NCBI RefSeq assembly: GCF_006345805.1
Contig: NC_043005.1
Location: 36,084,001-36,148,000, forward strand
DNA: 64,000 bases
Origin: Octopus sinensis
Taxonomy: Eukaryota
Direction of reading: 5' to 3'
Below, piece after piece: positions 25,175-37,680 of this stretch (positions are counted from its first letter, which is position 1; every line of letters begins with the position of its first letter). Under the pieces are notes generated by a model that saw nothing but the letters and a program-made list of their open reading frames with translations, searched no databases and was not told the DNA's origin. A program made the translations under genes and the position numbers.

Positions 25175-26699
25175 TACTTTTCTCTTTATAAATGTCCGAG
25201 AAATTTCACACTACCTTGGTTTTCTTGTCTCATTTTATTTAACATATACGCCCTCACACACAACCCGCGTTAGACTCCTCACTCATACTATTATCGATCT
25301 GGGAGTCTAACAGCGGTCCTTCCATAGCACTTACATAGCCTTACCTGCCTTTTGGTTCTTCTGGTTACCAAAACCTCTTAAATTATATATACTTGGTTGG
25401 CAATTATATGTTACGATTCCGTACTGTTACTTTTTATACCTCGCTCAGAGGTTTAATATAGTTTATTTCTCCTTTTTCGAGATCAGCATATAGTATTTTG
25501 CGAGTGGAATGAGTTTTCCTCTCTAGCTTGTGATTAACACACGCTGAGGACGGGTAACCACCCAGAAACTCAAGTTTGTTTGTATCACGTAAGGTTAGAG
25601 ATGGGAGCGATGACCTCCTCTCACAAATACTAATCGGACACAGAATGTGTGTCGTTAGCCAGCTGGAAGAGATGTCTTCCTGGGGTTATAAAAGTCAGTA
25701 GCACTGTCCTGTATAGGACGCCACACTTGGCTAGCAATTATCTATATATACATGTTTATATCTATAAAACATATGTATATATATGTACAATATATATGTA
25801 TGTATGTATATATATACGCACACACATATATATATTATCTATATATCTGTATCTATATCTATCTATATCTATCTATCTATCTATCTATCTATACCACACA
25901 CACATATATACTTACATACATATATATACAAATACAAACGAGTACACATACATACACTCACATACACACGCGCCACTCTTCCTACACACATATATATATA
26001 CACGAATGTTTGTATATGTACGTATGCGTATATGTACCCCTTCTTTTCTTATGTCTGGATATTTATTGTGCTACATAAAATCTGAAGAGTAAGCAATCAA
26101 GTCGTGATAGAATCATAGAAGTAAATCGAAGACTGGCGGTCGGCACCATTCCGGACTGTTACACACCCTGTTGTACAAATATGTCGTTAACAGCGGTTGA
26201 TCGTAAATCACCCTCGAAGAAGAGATATATTTCGCCAGTTTTGACTTAATTTTCTTTCACCCTCTTCTCTTAGACAATATTATTGCGGTAGCGAGTTGTT
26301 TAAGCAATTCTATTTCTCTGCGAAGTAAACGATTTTTATAGGTTTAGGAAATTAAAAGATTGTTCGTAGATACAACACCAAAAATTGTCTGTATGTAATT
26401 TTTACCGTTTATTTTCTAAATAACAACACGAATAAACCTAGGTGGATTTTATTGGTTAAATAATGCAATAATAACAATATTTGACGAAAATGATCTTGTC
26501 ACATGTGATTTTATTGGGCTTCTGTGTGCGTTTTTGTGTGTTGTACATCTAAAATATGAAATAAGATTTTTTCCCTGTCAGGTTTGTTTTCTTGCGACAC
26601 CTGTTTATTTTCCGTTCAATTACCGGATAAAAAAAAAAGACAACTACATAATATTATAATTACTATCTCTACAATATTTCAATATTACTGTATACGTTA

Positions 26700-26915
26700 A
26701 GGCGGCAAGTTGGCAGAATCGTTAGCACGCCGGTCAAAATGCTTAGTGGCATTTCGTCCGTCTCTACGTCCTGAGTCCAAATTCCGCTGAGGTTTACTTT
26801 GCCTTTCATACTTTCAGAATCGATAAAATAAGTAACTGTTGAGCACAGGAATCGATGTAATTGACTTACTCCCTCTCCCCAAATTACTGACCTTGTGCCA
26901 AAATTTAAAACCAAG
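26700..26915 (+). mobile_element. SINE family B
   Basis: GGCGGCAAGTTGGCAGAATCG head and GAGTCCAAATTCC B box. Confidence 0.85.
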
Positions 26916-28361
26916 ATTGCTGTATATGTTATAGTAATTGTTATGCAAAATTGGTGTCACCGATTTTGATGGCATATAAGACACATTCCAAGTAATGTCT
27001 CAGAAAATCATCTCAGGTTCTGTAATTGAAGTTTCTTTAAATATTACTATTTTCCCTGAATATGTGCAGACAAAAACTGGGGTGCATCTAATATGTCCCT
27101 GTTTTAATAATGCTAGCCGGATAAATTTGGTTGGATTTAGAGACTGTGGGGGGCTTGTTCAGACACGGGTCTAGTGTCTCTGCTATAGCCAGCATCAAAT
27201 CAGTCTTCTTGTGAATACTACACTGTTAACAGCTAGTGTGTGCAGCGTTTAGTTGGGTTTTACACCAATTTTGTGTTTATGTAAATACTTTACCAAGCTG
27301 TGAATTGCCCGAATTATTCATGTTTCTTCTGTTAGGTATGGAGTGATCTAACTTTAAAATTCAAAACCGTACACTTCACTTCATGAGAGAAAAAAGCTTT
27401 GAATTTTATTTCTGATGGAAAGTGGATAATGAAGCCAAGAATAAGGACTCACAGTTATCAACTTCCCATATCAAATATTCATCAAATATCTTCCAATTAT
27501 GGTCGAGGAATCAAACGAAGTTGGAACATATCACGTGGTATAAGATGATATTTCTGATCCAATATTCCAGGTTAACCATTCGTCCAATGAAGCAAATTTA
27601 GGTAACAAGAAAATCTGATTGATTTAAAAGGTTGGAATCTACTGCAACTGTAACTTGGTTATTAAAGTTTATGCTTTATGCAGCTGCCATGATGAATTCA
27701 AAGAATAGCGCTTCCATGAAAATTGAACTTTTACTTTGTAAAGATGTTAATTCAACCATGCGTAGTGTTGGTCACGAATATAATATGGATTGACTGGCGA
27801 TGGTTGGTGGACTCCTCAAAAGTCAACATGAAAGCACTTTTCCATACCTATTCCACATGTTACAAACATACCAAGCAATATAGTAAAAGGAAATTAATTT
27901 TAGAAAAGTTACTGAATTTGCTGGGATAAAAGATGCACAGGCATATTAGACAACTGTACATATTCAAGAAAACCTGTTTTTAGTGTATTAAAGCACAAAA
28001 TTGGCTTACAGGAAGTTCAACGTCGCAGGACCTGGCGTGATTTATTTGAGACACTTTTTTGTAAAATGTATATCTTATGTACCATTAAATACAGTATATT
28101 AGGTACCGAAAATATTTGACTTAGATCAGAAATAGAGGCAGAATATCCATGGAGATATTCAATGATGCATTAACTTCTATATCTCTACTGAGATCTGAAA
28201 GTCATTGCATTTTTTGCTACGATCGCAACTAGCTTAATACGAGTATTATGGTGTCTTATATGATTGAGACGGTAGAGCCAAACTAAATTATTGTTTTAGA
28301 AGACTTGGTTAAAATTTACCTCACTTGTTTCCAGATGGATAAGAGTTTTGATCGGTTCACT

Positions 28362-28397
28362 CATCTTAACATTTCGGATGTTAGTTCTTCATCAGAA
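28362..28397 (-). ncRNA. Degenerate minimal hammerhead core
   Basis: Minus strand: ATT-CTGATGA-a-GAA ctaaca TCC-GAAATGTT-AAG. One stem II mismatch, and ATGTT replaces ACGTT. Confidence 0.5.
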
Positions 28398-29097
28398 TAA
28401 AGAGAGAATTGTGGAGAGAATTATAGAGAGAAAGGAAAAACAAAAATGATAGAAAGAAGAGAAAAATAAAAAAAAGATAAGAAGGTTGCGGTAGGTTACG
28501 TGAAGGGCAAAATACAAAAGTAATCATGACGGTAATCCAATGTAAAGTTCTAAGTTGGATTTCCGATATCGAATCCAGAGGAATTCTGCGTAACCGTTAA
28601 TTATACGGTGTAAATACAACGAAGAATCAAAAACGACAAACAGGAGAACCATGGTGGACGCTTGCATCAAAGACGACATTTGAGAATCCAGTTGTTCACT
28701 CAACTGCACAAATGATTTATGAAATATTAACGTATAAGTAGCTGATTATTCCGAGGGGTTGTGTTCAAATAATGTAATACTCAAAGAGAATGAGCTTGAC
28801 ACATCAGTATGACTTGGTTGGACTTTTGAATCACAGTTACAATCGATCCGGTAGGATTCCGTACAGTTTCTGTCGATCTACTTACACTCATAAAGTTTGG
28901 GCCGACTCGAGGCAACAGTAAGACATTGGACCAAATTGTCGTATCGTGCGGTAGGATCGAATCCGGGTCCTACTGATTGTGAAGCAAACTTCTTAACCAC
29001 GCACGCACCCCGCTTCCACATATACATAGAAATATATATTCACATATATATGAATCTATATATCACACACACACATATTTACATCTATATATATATG

Positions 29098-29144
<47 letters not shown>

Positions 29145-29199
29145 CTATCTATCTATCTATCTCTATCTATCTATCTCTATCTATCTATTATCTATCTAT

Positions 29200-30501
<1,302 letters not shown>

Positions 30502-30629
30502 TATGTATGTATGTAAGTATGTATGTATGTAAGTATGTATGTATGTATGTATGTATGTATGTATGCATGTATGTATGTATGCATGCATGTATGTATGTAT
30601 GTATGTATGTATGTATGTATGTATGTATG

Positions 30630-30669
<40 letters not shown>

Positions 30670-30908
30670 AATGCACACACATAGATAATGTTTATCTGTG
30701 CATACATATGCATGTGTGTGTGTGTGTGTATTTGTGTTTAGGCATGTTCTAATACATTTATTTGTAATCATACGTGCATATGTATACGTCAACACGCTGT
30801 AGTAAATTTTGCCACATATCTAACAACTTTAGATCATATGACCACGCAAATAAACTCAAACACCCCCTCATACACACATACACACACATATCTATATGTG
30901 TAACTATG

Positions 30909-30944
<36 letters not shown>

Positions 30945-30976
30945 ATAGATAGATATAAATATATATATATATATAA

Positions 30977-31023
<47 letters not shown>

Positions 31024-32162
31024 TATATTATGTATATATATATATAATATATATATATATATATACATATACATACATTCATATATGAATATTTTTATGT
31101 ATATACATATATGCAAGTATATATATGTATGTGTATATATATACATACATACATACATATATATATGTATATATATACATATATATATTATGTATATATA
31201 TATGTGTGTATATATATATATATAATATATATATATATATAATATATATATATATATACATACATACATTATATATATACATATATCTATCTATCTATCT
31301 AGCTATCTATCTATCTATGCACACACACACATATGCACATATACACACACACACATATATGTAAATAACGTAACTTAAGCCTGCATCCATTGTGGCGAAA
31401 GCAGTTTCCCGAGCCAGTAACTCCATAACAAAACCATAATTTCTTAGAGACGATGTCAAATATGGCAGATTGCCCTTGTTAATTTCCTGCAGACAAGATG
31501 GCGGAATGGAAGAACTTTCGCTTTGTTGAAATGGTATTTCTACGGTCAGTGTGGTTCTGTTTGCTTTCTGTCACTTGCTTCCTCTCAGAGAATGATCGAG
31601 CTAATGACACTGATGGTACACATTGGTAATCTTGGGAAATGTTATGTTTGCAGTCGGGGTCTTCGCATCGACTATGATTGTGAGTTTTGTTTGTACTTAG
31701 TGGTTATTGTTGGAACATTGCAACCATGGTCGTGGTATTGATTAGGATTCCGACAAAGGTTAGGATGTTTGCGGTCGGTTGTTGTGATCGTTCTCTTCAT
31801 ACGACTTTGCTTAGCCGTCACTCGCAAGCGAGTACTTCCTGGTAGCTTGTAACACGCTTTCGTCAATTGTTTTAGGTGCCTATATATTCGCGAGAAGTGT
31901 GTACACCCTTTGACTCAGCGGCGGGGCATTCAGTATATGACAGTTTAAAAACAGAGAAAATTGCACCAGCTGTTGCTCTGCACTTCTTTTCAACTGTGTA
32001 GAATGGAACAACTGGAAATGAAATGCATTGCTCAAAGACACATCACAATGCCCAGTCTAGGAATCGAACCTATAATCTTGCGATCACAAAACTAACATCC
32101 TAATCACTAGGACATGTACCTTCACATTCATCATATACACGTGTATGTGTCTGAGTATATGT

Positions 32163-32262
<100 letters not shown>

Positions 32263-32289
32263 GCACACGTGCATGTATATATATACACA

Positions 32290-32760
32290 TATTATCTTGG
32301 ATGGATCTGGAGAAAGAGGTGTCTTCGCATGAGATCGACCAAGTTAACGATCCTTTTGAGCAGTTGCAAGTGAACAGCTGTAGATAAGAGACGTGGTCTC
32401 TTATCACTGTGGTAGTGATAGAAAATGTGTAGAGAGAAGACAGGATGTTTATGGGCGAATGGAAGGTTATAGTGTGCTGGTGAATGACATCATACCAGTG
32501 AGTCGGGTGGCTATTCTTTGGATACCGTCTAAGATGTGTGTATAGGTGGCAGCAGCACCGCCCCGATGGGAGATCAGTACTCCATTGCGGGTAGCATCTG
32601 AGTTCTCTTTGGTTGTTTGGCGATGAAATAATAAATGGCTCTGAAAGGAAGGATCTGTCTTCGTTATGATGATGATGTGATTTTGTCACGAGAGATCCTC
32701 AGTGATGGTGAGGTCCAACAGCGTAGTCACCTGGAGGGCTCTAGTTGAGTGCTATATATT
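32290..32760 (-). mobile_element. CR1/L2-group LINE fragment (RT C-terminus)
   Basis: Minus-strand translation gives LTITEDLS..NHIII and MEY*SPI.GGAAATYTHILDGIQRIA, resembling the MEYCSxIWGG...LDxxQ motif. Confidence 0.65.
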
Positions 32761-32773
32761 ATGAAGGGCTGTG

Positions 32774-32910
32774 GGGGCGCGTGGCTTAGTGGTTAGGGCG
32801 TTGGACTCATGATCATAAAACTGTGGTTTCGATTCCTGGCCCGGGCGATGCAATGTGTTCTTGAGCAAAGTACTTCATGTCACGTTAATTCACTCTACTC
32901 AGCTGGCAGT
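32774..32910 (+). mobile_element. SINE family C, head fragment
   Basis: GGCGCGTGGCTTAGTGGTTAGGGCG...GTTTCGATTCCTGG then GTTCTTGAGCAAAG. Confidence 0.75.
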
Positions 32911-32941
32911 GTATTGCTCTCCTCTTTGTTGCACCGCTGAC

Positions 32942-33235
32942 TCTAAACCCTATCAAAGCCTTGCCAACTAAACGCTCCACAGAATCCTTACAGCCTTCTT
33001 CAATTGACTTGCAGCGTGCTTGCGTGCTTTGCCTTCTTCACTCTTCTACCAGCTTCTCGTATCTGGCAATCTTTGTCTCATGAGCCTCCTCCTTGTGTTC
33101 TTCCCAAGACGCATTCAGTTCCCACATGATCACCTGGGTGAGGTTTGGTATGATGTGCTCTGGCAACATAAACCGTTTGGCAATGTTTACTCTCCGGTAC
33201 CAGACTGGGACAGTAGAAAGTTGGCATAATGGCTG
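32942..33235 (-). mobile_element. HERO/NeSL-type non-LTR element, RLE fragment
   Basis: QVIMWELNASWEEHKEEAHETKIARYEKLVEE*RRQSTQARCKSIEEGC matches the ELTVPWEE...EAHERKxxKY...IEVGCRG pattern. Confidence 0.75.
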
Positions 33236-33326
33236 ATATTTGAGTTAACTGCACCTCTCTCCAGCTTTGAGAAAAGTGGTGACTCCCTTCCTGAGGTGAT
33301 GTTTACTCGATCATATATACACAAAT

Positions 33327-33645
33327 GAGGAGGCGCAATGGCCCAGTGGTTAGGGGAGTGGACTCGCGGTCGTGGGATCGCGGTTTCGATTCCCAGACCG
33401 GGCACTGTGAGTGTTTATTGAGCGAAAACACTTAAAGCTCCACGAGGCTCCGGCAGGGGGGTGGTGGCGATCCCTGCTGTACTCTTTCTCCACAACTTTC
33501 TCTGACTCTTTCTTCTGTTGGCCTGTTCGCTTAGCCAGCGGGGTGGCGTCATTTGAAGGCTAAAACAATGCGAAGTACATTGTGACCAGCGATGTGTAGC
33601 AACATCTGATAGCTTGGTTGGTCACTGTGATCCCGGTGATACACA
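33327..33645 (+). mobile_element. tRNA-headed SINE sharing head and 5' body with 6160-6460 but with a different tail
   Basis: TGGCCCAGTGGTTAGG...GGACTCGCGGTC...GTTTCGATTCCC, then GAGCGAAAACAC..CTCCACGAGGCTCCGGCAG. Confidence 0.8.
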
Positions 33646-33959
33646 CAAATAATAAATGAATCAACGATAGATCAGTAATGTCCATTCTTGCATGCAATAC
33701 CAGACAGGTAAAACAAGATTACTTGAACAGGGAACAAAGCAAATTGTTTATCGGGAAATATGGAATTTCGATAAAGTAGCAGCCTTGAAGAATGAATCTA
33801 TTCCTATACGAAGTCTCAACAATTTGTAATTTATGTATTGTGCTCTGTGTTATACGTTTCCACACAGCTTCAACACACGTCTACATTGCTGTAATACGTT
33901 TTTGTATCGCTAAAATGCGTCACAACAGTTTTTAAAAAAACATTTTACGCTTTGTTTTA

Positions 33960-34350
33960 CGCAAGTATGCTGGCTCCGAAGGGAAAGGGGTATGCCCACG
34001 GCCTCCTCGGCTTTACTTCAGATTGGTGAGATTGCTGTCATTGCACATTGAACCTGTGGTAACTCTCGTGGGTAAGACATCAACAAAGAAGAAACAAAAG
34101 GGTCGGAAATTCTAGGAAGACAGGACCGGCTGTAGAGATTATTGCGGGGCTTCGTGTGGTATGGGTAAGTGGCGGTTTGCACGTAGCAAGGTTGATGGGA
34201 GGTGGAAGAAGAGGAGTAAAGATGAAAGGGATGGAAACGCCTGAGTGGAGTGGCATGAGCTCAACCAACTCAGAAAAGCAGAGGCCATCATAGTAGCAGT
34301 ATAAAGACAGATAGTGGAGACAGCACACCTGTGCTCTAGAACCTGGATCA
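33960..34350 (-). mobile_element. CR1/L2-group LINE 3' end
   Basis: LEHRCAVS..LSLYCYYDGLCFSELVELMP resembles LxHRRxVxSLxLFYRYYxGxCSxEL. Confidence 0.65.
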
Positions 34351-34398
34351 TGTTTCCGAACAACATGAAAGTAAATATAGATATGTATACACATGTAT

Positions 34399-34448
<50 letters not shown>

Positions 34449-34489
34449 ACGTACACACGAACACGGACACACACACACACATTCACGCA

Positions 34490-34690
34490 TTTGACAGAAT
34501 CGAAAGCGCGCCGGACAAAATGCTTCGTGGCATTTCGTCTGCCTTTATGTCCTGAGTTCAAATTCCACTGAGATCAGCTTTGCCTTTCATCCTTTCGGGG
34601 TCGTTGAAATAAGTACCATTTGAGCACTGGAGTCGATGTAATCGGCTTACCCACTTCCCCCAAGACATCAGGCGTTGTACCCATTGTAGA
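34490..34690 (+). mobile_element. SINE family B
   Basis: TTGACAGAATCG...GAGTTCAAATTCC...CATCCTTTCGGGGTCG. Confidence 0.8.
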
Positions 34691-35212
34691 AAGAAGTATT
34701 ATTGTACAGAGAACTGTGTGACTTGATACTAATCAACTTCAATATTTTCAGCGTATTAAAGTTATTGTTATGTTTTAAACACTGAGAATAAAATAGAAAT
34801 TAAGACTATATAAAAAGACAATACAGAACAACAGCTACAGAAATAGGACACAAAGGTATCAAAATATAGAAAGAGAAACAAAATATTAACTATTAGGGGA
34901 GACAACTGTGGAATAACTGGTGCAAAGCGATATTTTAAGACACCTAAAAGTTATTTCCCTTGTTTAATTATTTTTCTGTCCGTATTTCTGCTGTGGCGGA
35001 TTGGCAAAAATCGAGAGGCTGTTACAAAAAATTAAACACAAAAGCATTTTCCAAACGTTGGTTTTCAATCCCACCGAGGTCATCTTGTTTTTCTTCCTTT
35101 GAATGTCAATATATTATAGTACCAGTTAAGTACTATCCACTTTTATTCTTTAGGACTCTTTTAATATGTATTAGAGGCGCTAAACAGTGATGTGTACAAA
35201 TATAAACTTGTT

Positions 35213-35519
35213 CAGTTCTATATTTAAGAGATGAGGAATTATGTACATTATTTACATTATTTACATTTAACGGATATTCGTCCTCATCTTGTTTGTTGTT
35301 AGCACAACGTTTCGGCTGATATACCCTCCAGCCTTCATCAGGTGTCTTGGGGATATTTCGAATCTGGGTTCTTATTCCTCAGGTATTATTATTATTGATA
35401 TTATTATTATTATTATTATTATCATCATCATTATTATTATTATTCAGGTCACTGCGTGGAATCGAATTCAGAATCTTGGGGTTAGTAGCCCGCGCTCTTA
35501 ACCACTACGCCATATGTCC
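35213..35519 (-). mobile_element. Composite unit: tRNA-like head - (AAT)n - hammerhead ribozyme - tail
   Basis: Minus strand: TGGCGTAGTGGTTAAGAGC (A box)...ATTCGATTCC (B-like), then (AAT)n, then CTGATGA..GAAAC. Confidence 0.7.
35304..35345 (-). ncRNA. Minimal type I hammerhead ribozyme
   Basis: CAC-CTGATGA-a-GGCTG gagggtatat CAGCC-GAAACGTT-GTG. Stem II is a perfect 5 bp, stem I is CAC/GTG, stem III is palindromic AACGTT and the site is GUU. Confidence 0.8.
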
Positions 35520-35521
35520 GT

Positions 35522-35589
35522 GGGCGTGGCGGTTAAGAGCGCCGGCTACTAACCCCAATATTCCGCGTTAGATTCCAGGCAGCGACTTG

Positions 35590-35590
<1 letters not shown>
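35522..35590 (+). mobile_element. Second tRNA-like head, inverted relative to 35445-35519
   Basis: GTGGCGGTTAAGAGCGCCGGCTACTAACCCCAA...GATTCCAGGCAGCGAC followed by (AAC/AAT)n. Confidence 0.75.
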
Positions 35591-35623
<33 letters not shown>

Positions 35624-35628
35624 GCTGC

Positions 35629-35667
<39 letters not shown>

Positions 35668-35674
35668 AATAATA

Positions 35675-35713
<39 letters not shown>

Positions 35714-35729
35714 CCCTGATGCAGTACCA

Positions 35730-36225
35730 AGTGCACGCCAGAAAAGGTCCCAGAAAATGAGAAAACAACAATGCTATTGGATATGCTAATACACACAGAT
35801 AGAGAAATTAAGGCCAATAGGCCAGATATAGTTGTTAGAGATCATGAAGAAAAATATGTTTTCTGATTGATGTACCAATACCAACAGACGACAACGTTTC
35901 TCTAAAAGAAACGGAGAAACTTTCAAAATACAATGACCTGAAAATAGAGGTAACTCGAATGTGGATAGAAACAATTCCTATCATAGTGGGCGCATTAGAT
36001 ATGATAAAAAATATTCAGACAAATACATGACAAAAACACCAAGACTAACAAGTAGATATAACATACAGAAAATAGCACTACTATGCACCCGCACACATCC
36101 TGTTTAAAACACTTTCAATACAGTAACTATAAGAGCATCATAACAAACTACAGTACGTACCCAAGGCACAAGAGCTGCGCTCGGTAGTGCAGTGAAAGCA
36201 CGTTATAAAAATAAGACTACTGAAT
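35730..36225 (+). mobile_element. R4/Dong-clade non-LTR 3' fragment (RLE domain plus 3'UTR)
   Basis: PEKV.ENEKTTML.DM.IHTDREIKANRPDIVVRD...LID..IP.D.NVS.KE.EKLSKY, then IPIIVGAL and NIQKIALL. (AAT)n lies on both sides. Confidence 0.85.
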
Positions 36226-36269
36226 AATAATAATAGTAATAATAATAAGAATAACCGGTTGTAGTTGAG

Positions 36270-37285
36270 GAGAGGCCAGTGTAAAAGAGGCTTGATAGCA
36301 GTAGAAGAATGTGTTCAGATGGAAAAAATGCCTAGTAGAATATTTATCGCGCAGCACAGAAAAACTACTAAATCATGCGTGTAATTGGAGAGAAAAAAAA
36401 ATAAAAGAAAACAAGAATGAAATACAAACAGAACGTCAGACAAATTGAAGAAAAACCTCTGCATGGTCAATTTTAGAGAGTCACTGAAGATATATGTGGA
36501 ACAAAATCCTGGGCTTAGTTTTAAAAGGGGCAATTAAAAAAAGAAACAGAGAGCTTAATTGTAGCATCTCAAGTTCACGCGCTAAAAAGAAACAAATTGA
36601 GAAAAACTATATCTGGAGAGAATGTGTCAGAAAAATATAGAATCTGTGGAACTTGGAACGAGGCAGTGGCACACATTATGGCAGAATGACCCGGATTGGC
36701 ATAGGAAGAATATAAGTAATGGAGGCACGTCTAGGTTGTAAAAGTTTTACACTGGAAACACATGGTAACAATCATTGAGTCGAAAGAGTACTGGAGACGG
36801 AGAAATGTAAGATTTTGTAGGACTTTCCTATCCAAACGGACTGACCGGACATAGCAAATATAGATAAGGAAAAGCGAAACTAATCGACTCCTCATGCCCG
36901 TTTGATTCCAGGATCGAAAAGAAAGGGGACAAAAAAAATAAGATACAATCCCTTAATATTTGAAGGAGTATGAAAACTGTCAAGCTCGTGCCTATGATAA
37001 ATGGTGCGTTGGGAACAGTAAGCAAAGAAGTTTCCAGAAGTGAATTATTCAGACCCCACAAAATTCATCTCAACGCATGGCTATAATGCTCCCCCACTAC
37101 TTCTACTCGTGATCAGAGCTCCTACAGAAAGTTTGTCTCTTAGGGACTGTAAGGATTATCAGGCAGGTTCTAAGCACTTGAAAGACTGGTGAAAACTTGT
37201 GAATACCTAAAGTTATAGGTAGCAACTTGTTATCCACATAAATTCTACTAGGAACAAGACCGAACCTCAGTCAAACCAAAGAATA
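36270..37285 (+). mobile_element. Second R4/Dong-clade 3' fragment (CCHC finger plus RLE), divergent subfamily
   Basis: EKPLHGQF.RVTED, LKKETESLIVA.Q, ICG...EAVAHI.AE, ERVLETEKCKIL.DFPIQTD and GALGTVSK; ends in (AAT)n. Confidence 0.8.
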
Positions 37286-37296
37286 ATAATAATAAT

Positions 37297-37358
<62 letters not shown>

Positions 37359-37380
37359 TGAAATAATAATAATAATAATA

Positions 37381-37680
37381 AATGCTCTGATGCAGTACCA
37401 GGTAGTGGCTCTCATGGCTTTTGATCTTAACTGATTGGAAGTGTTGTTATGTACATTGTTTTATCTTGGTATAAAAGATGGGTTACAGCAAATATTCTGC
37501 TCAATATCACAGAATTGCTTGTCAGTTGCCTGACTTTAACCAGTTAAGCATGTCCCTTGGTGGCTGATGATATGTGCATCTCTGATCACGAGTAGAAGTA
37601 GTTGGGGAGCATCATAGCCATGCGTTGAGATGAATTTTGTGGGATTTGAATAATTCACTTCTGGAAATATAGGTGAATTT
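37381..37680. mobile_element. Interspersed repeat starting directly at an (AAT)n tract
   Basis: Begins AATGCTCTGATGCAGTACCA, as does 35711; its distal part has an inverted copy at 37031-37118. Confidence 0.5.

Noticed and set aside
35445-35590. Genuine tRNA genes
   Set aside because: The acceptor stem and 3' end are not recoverable and the sequences run into (AAT)n. These and the other A/B-box regions are SINE heads.
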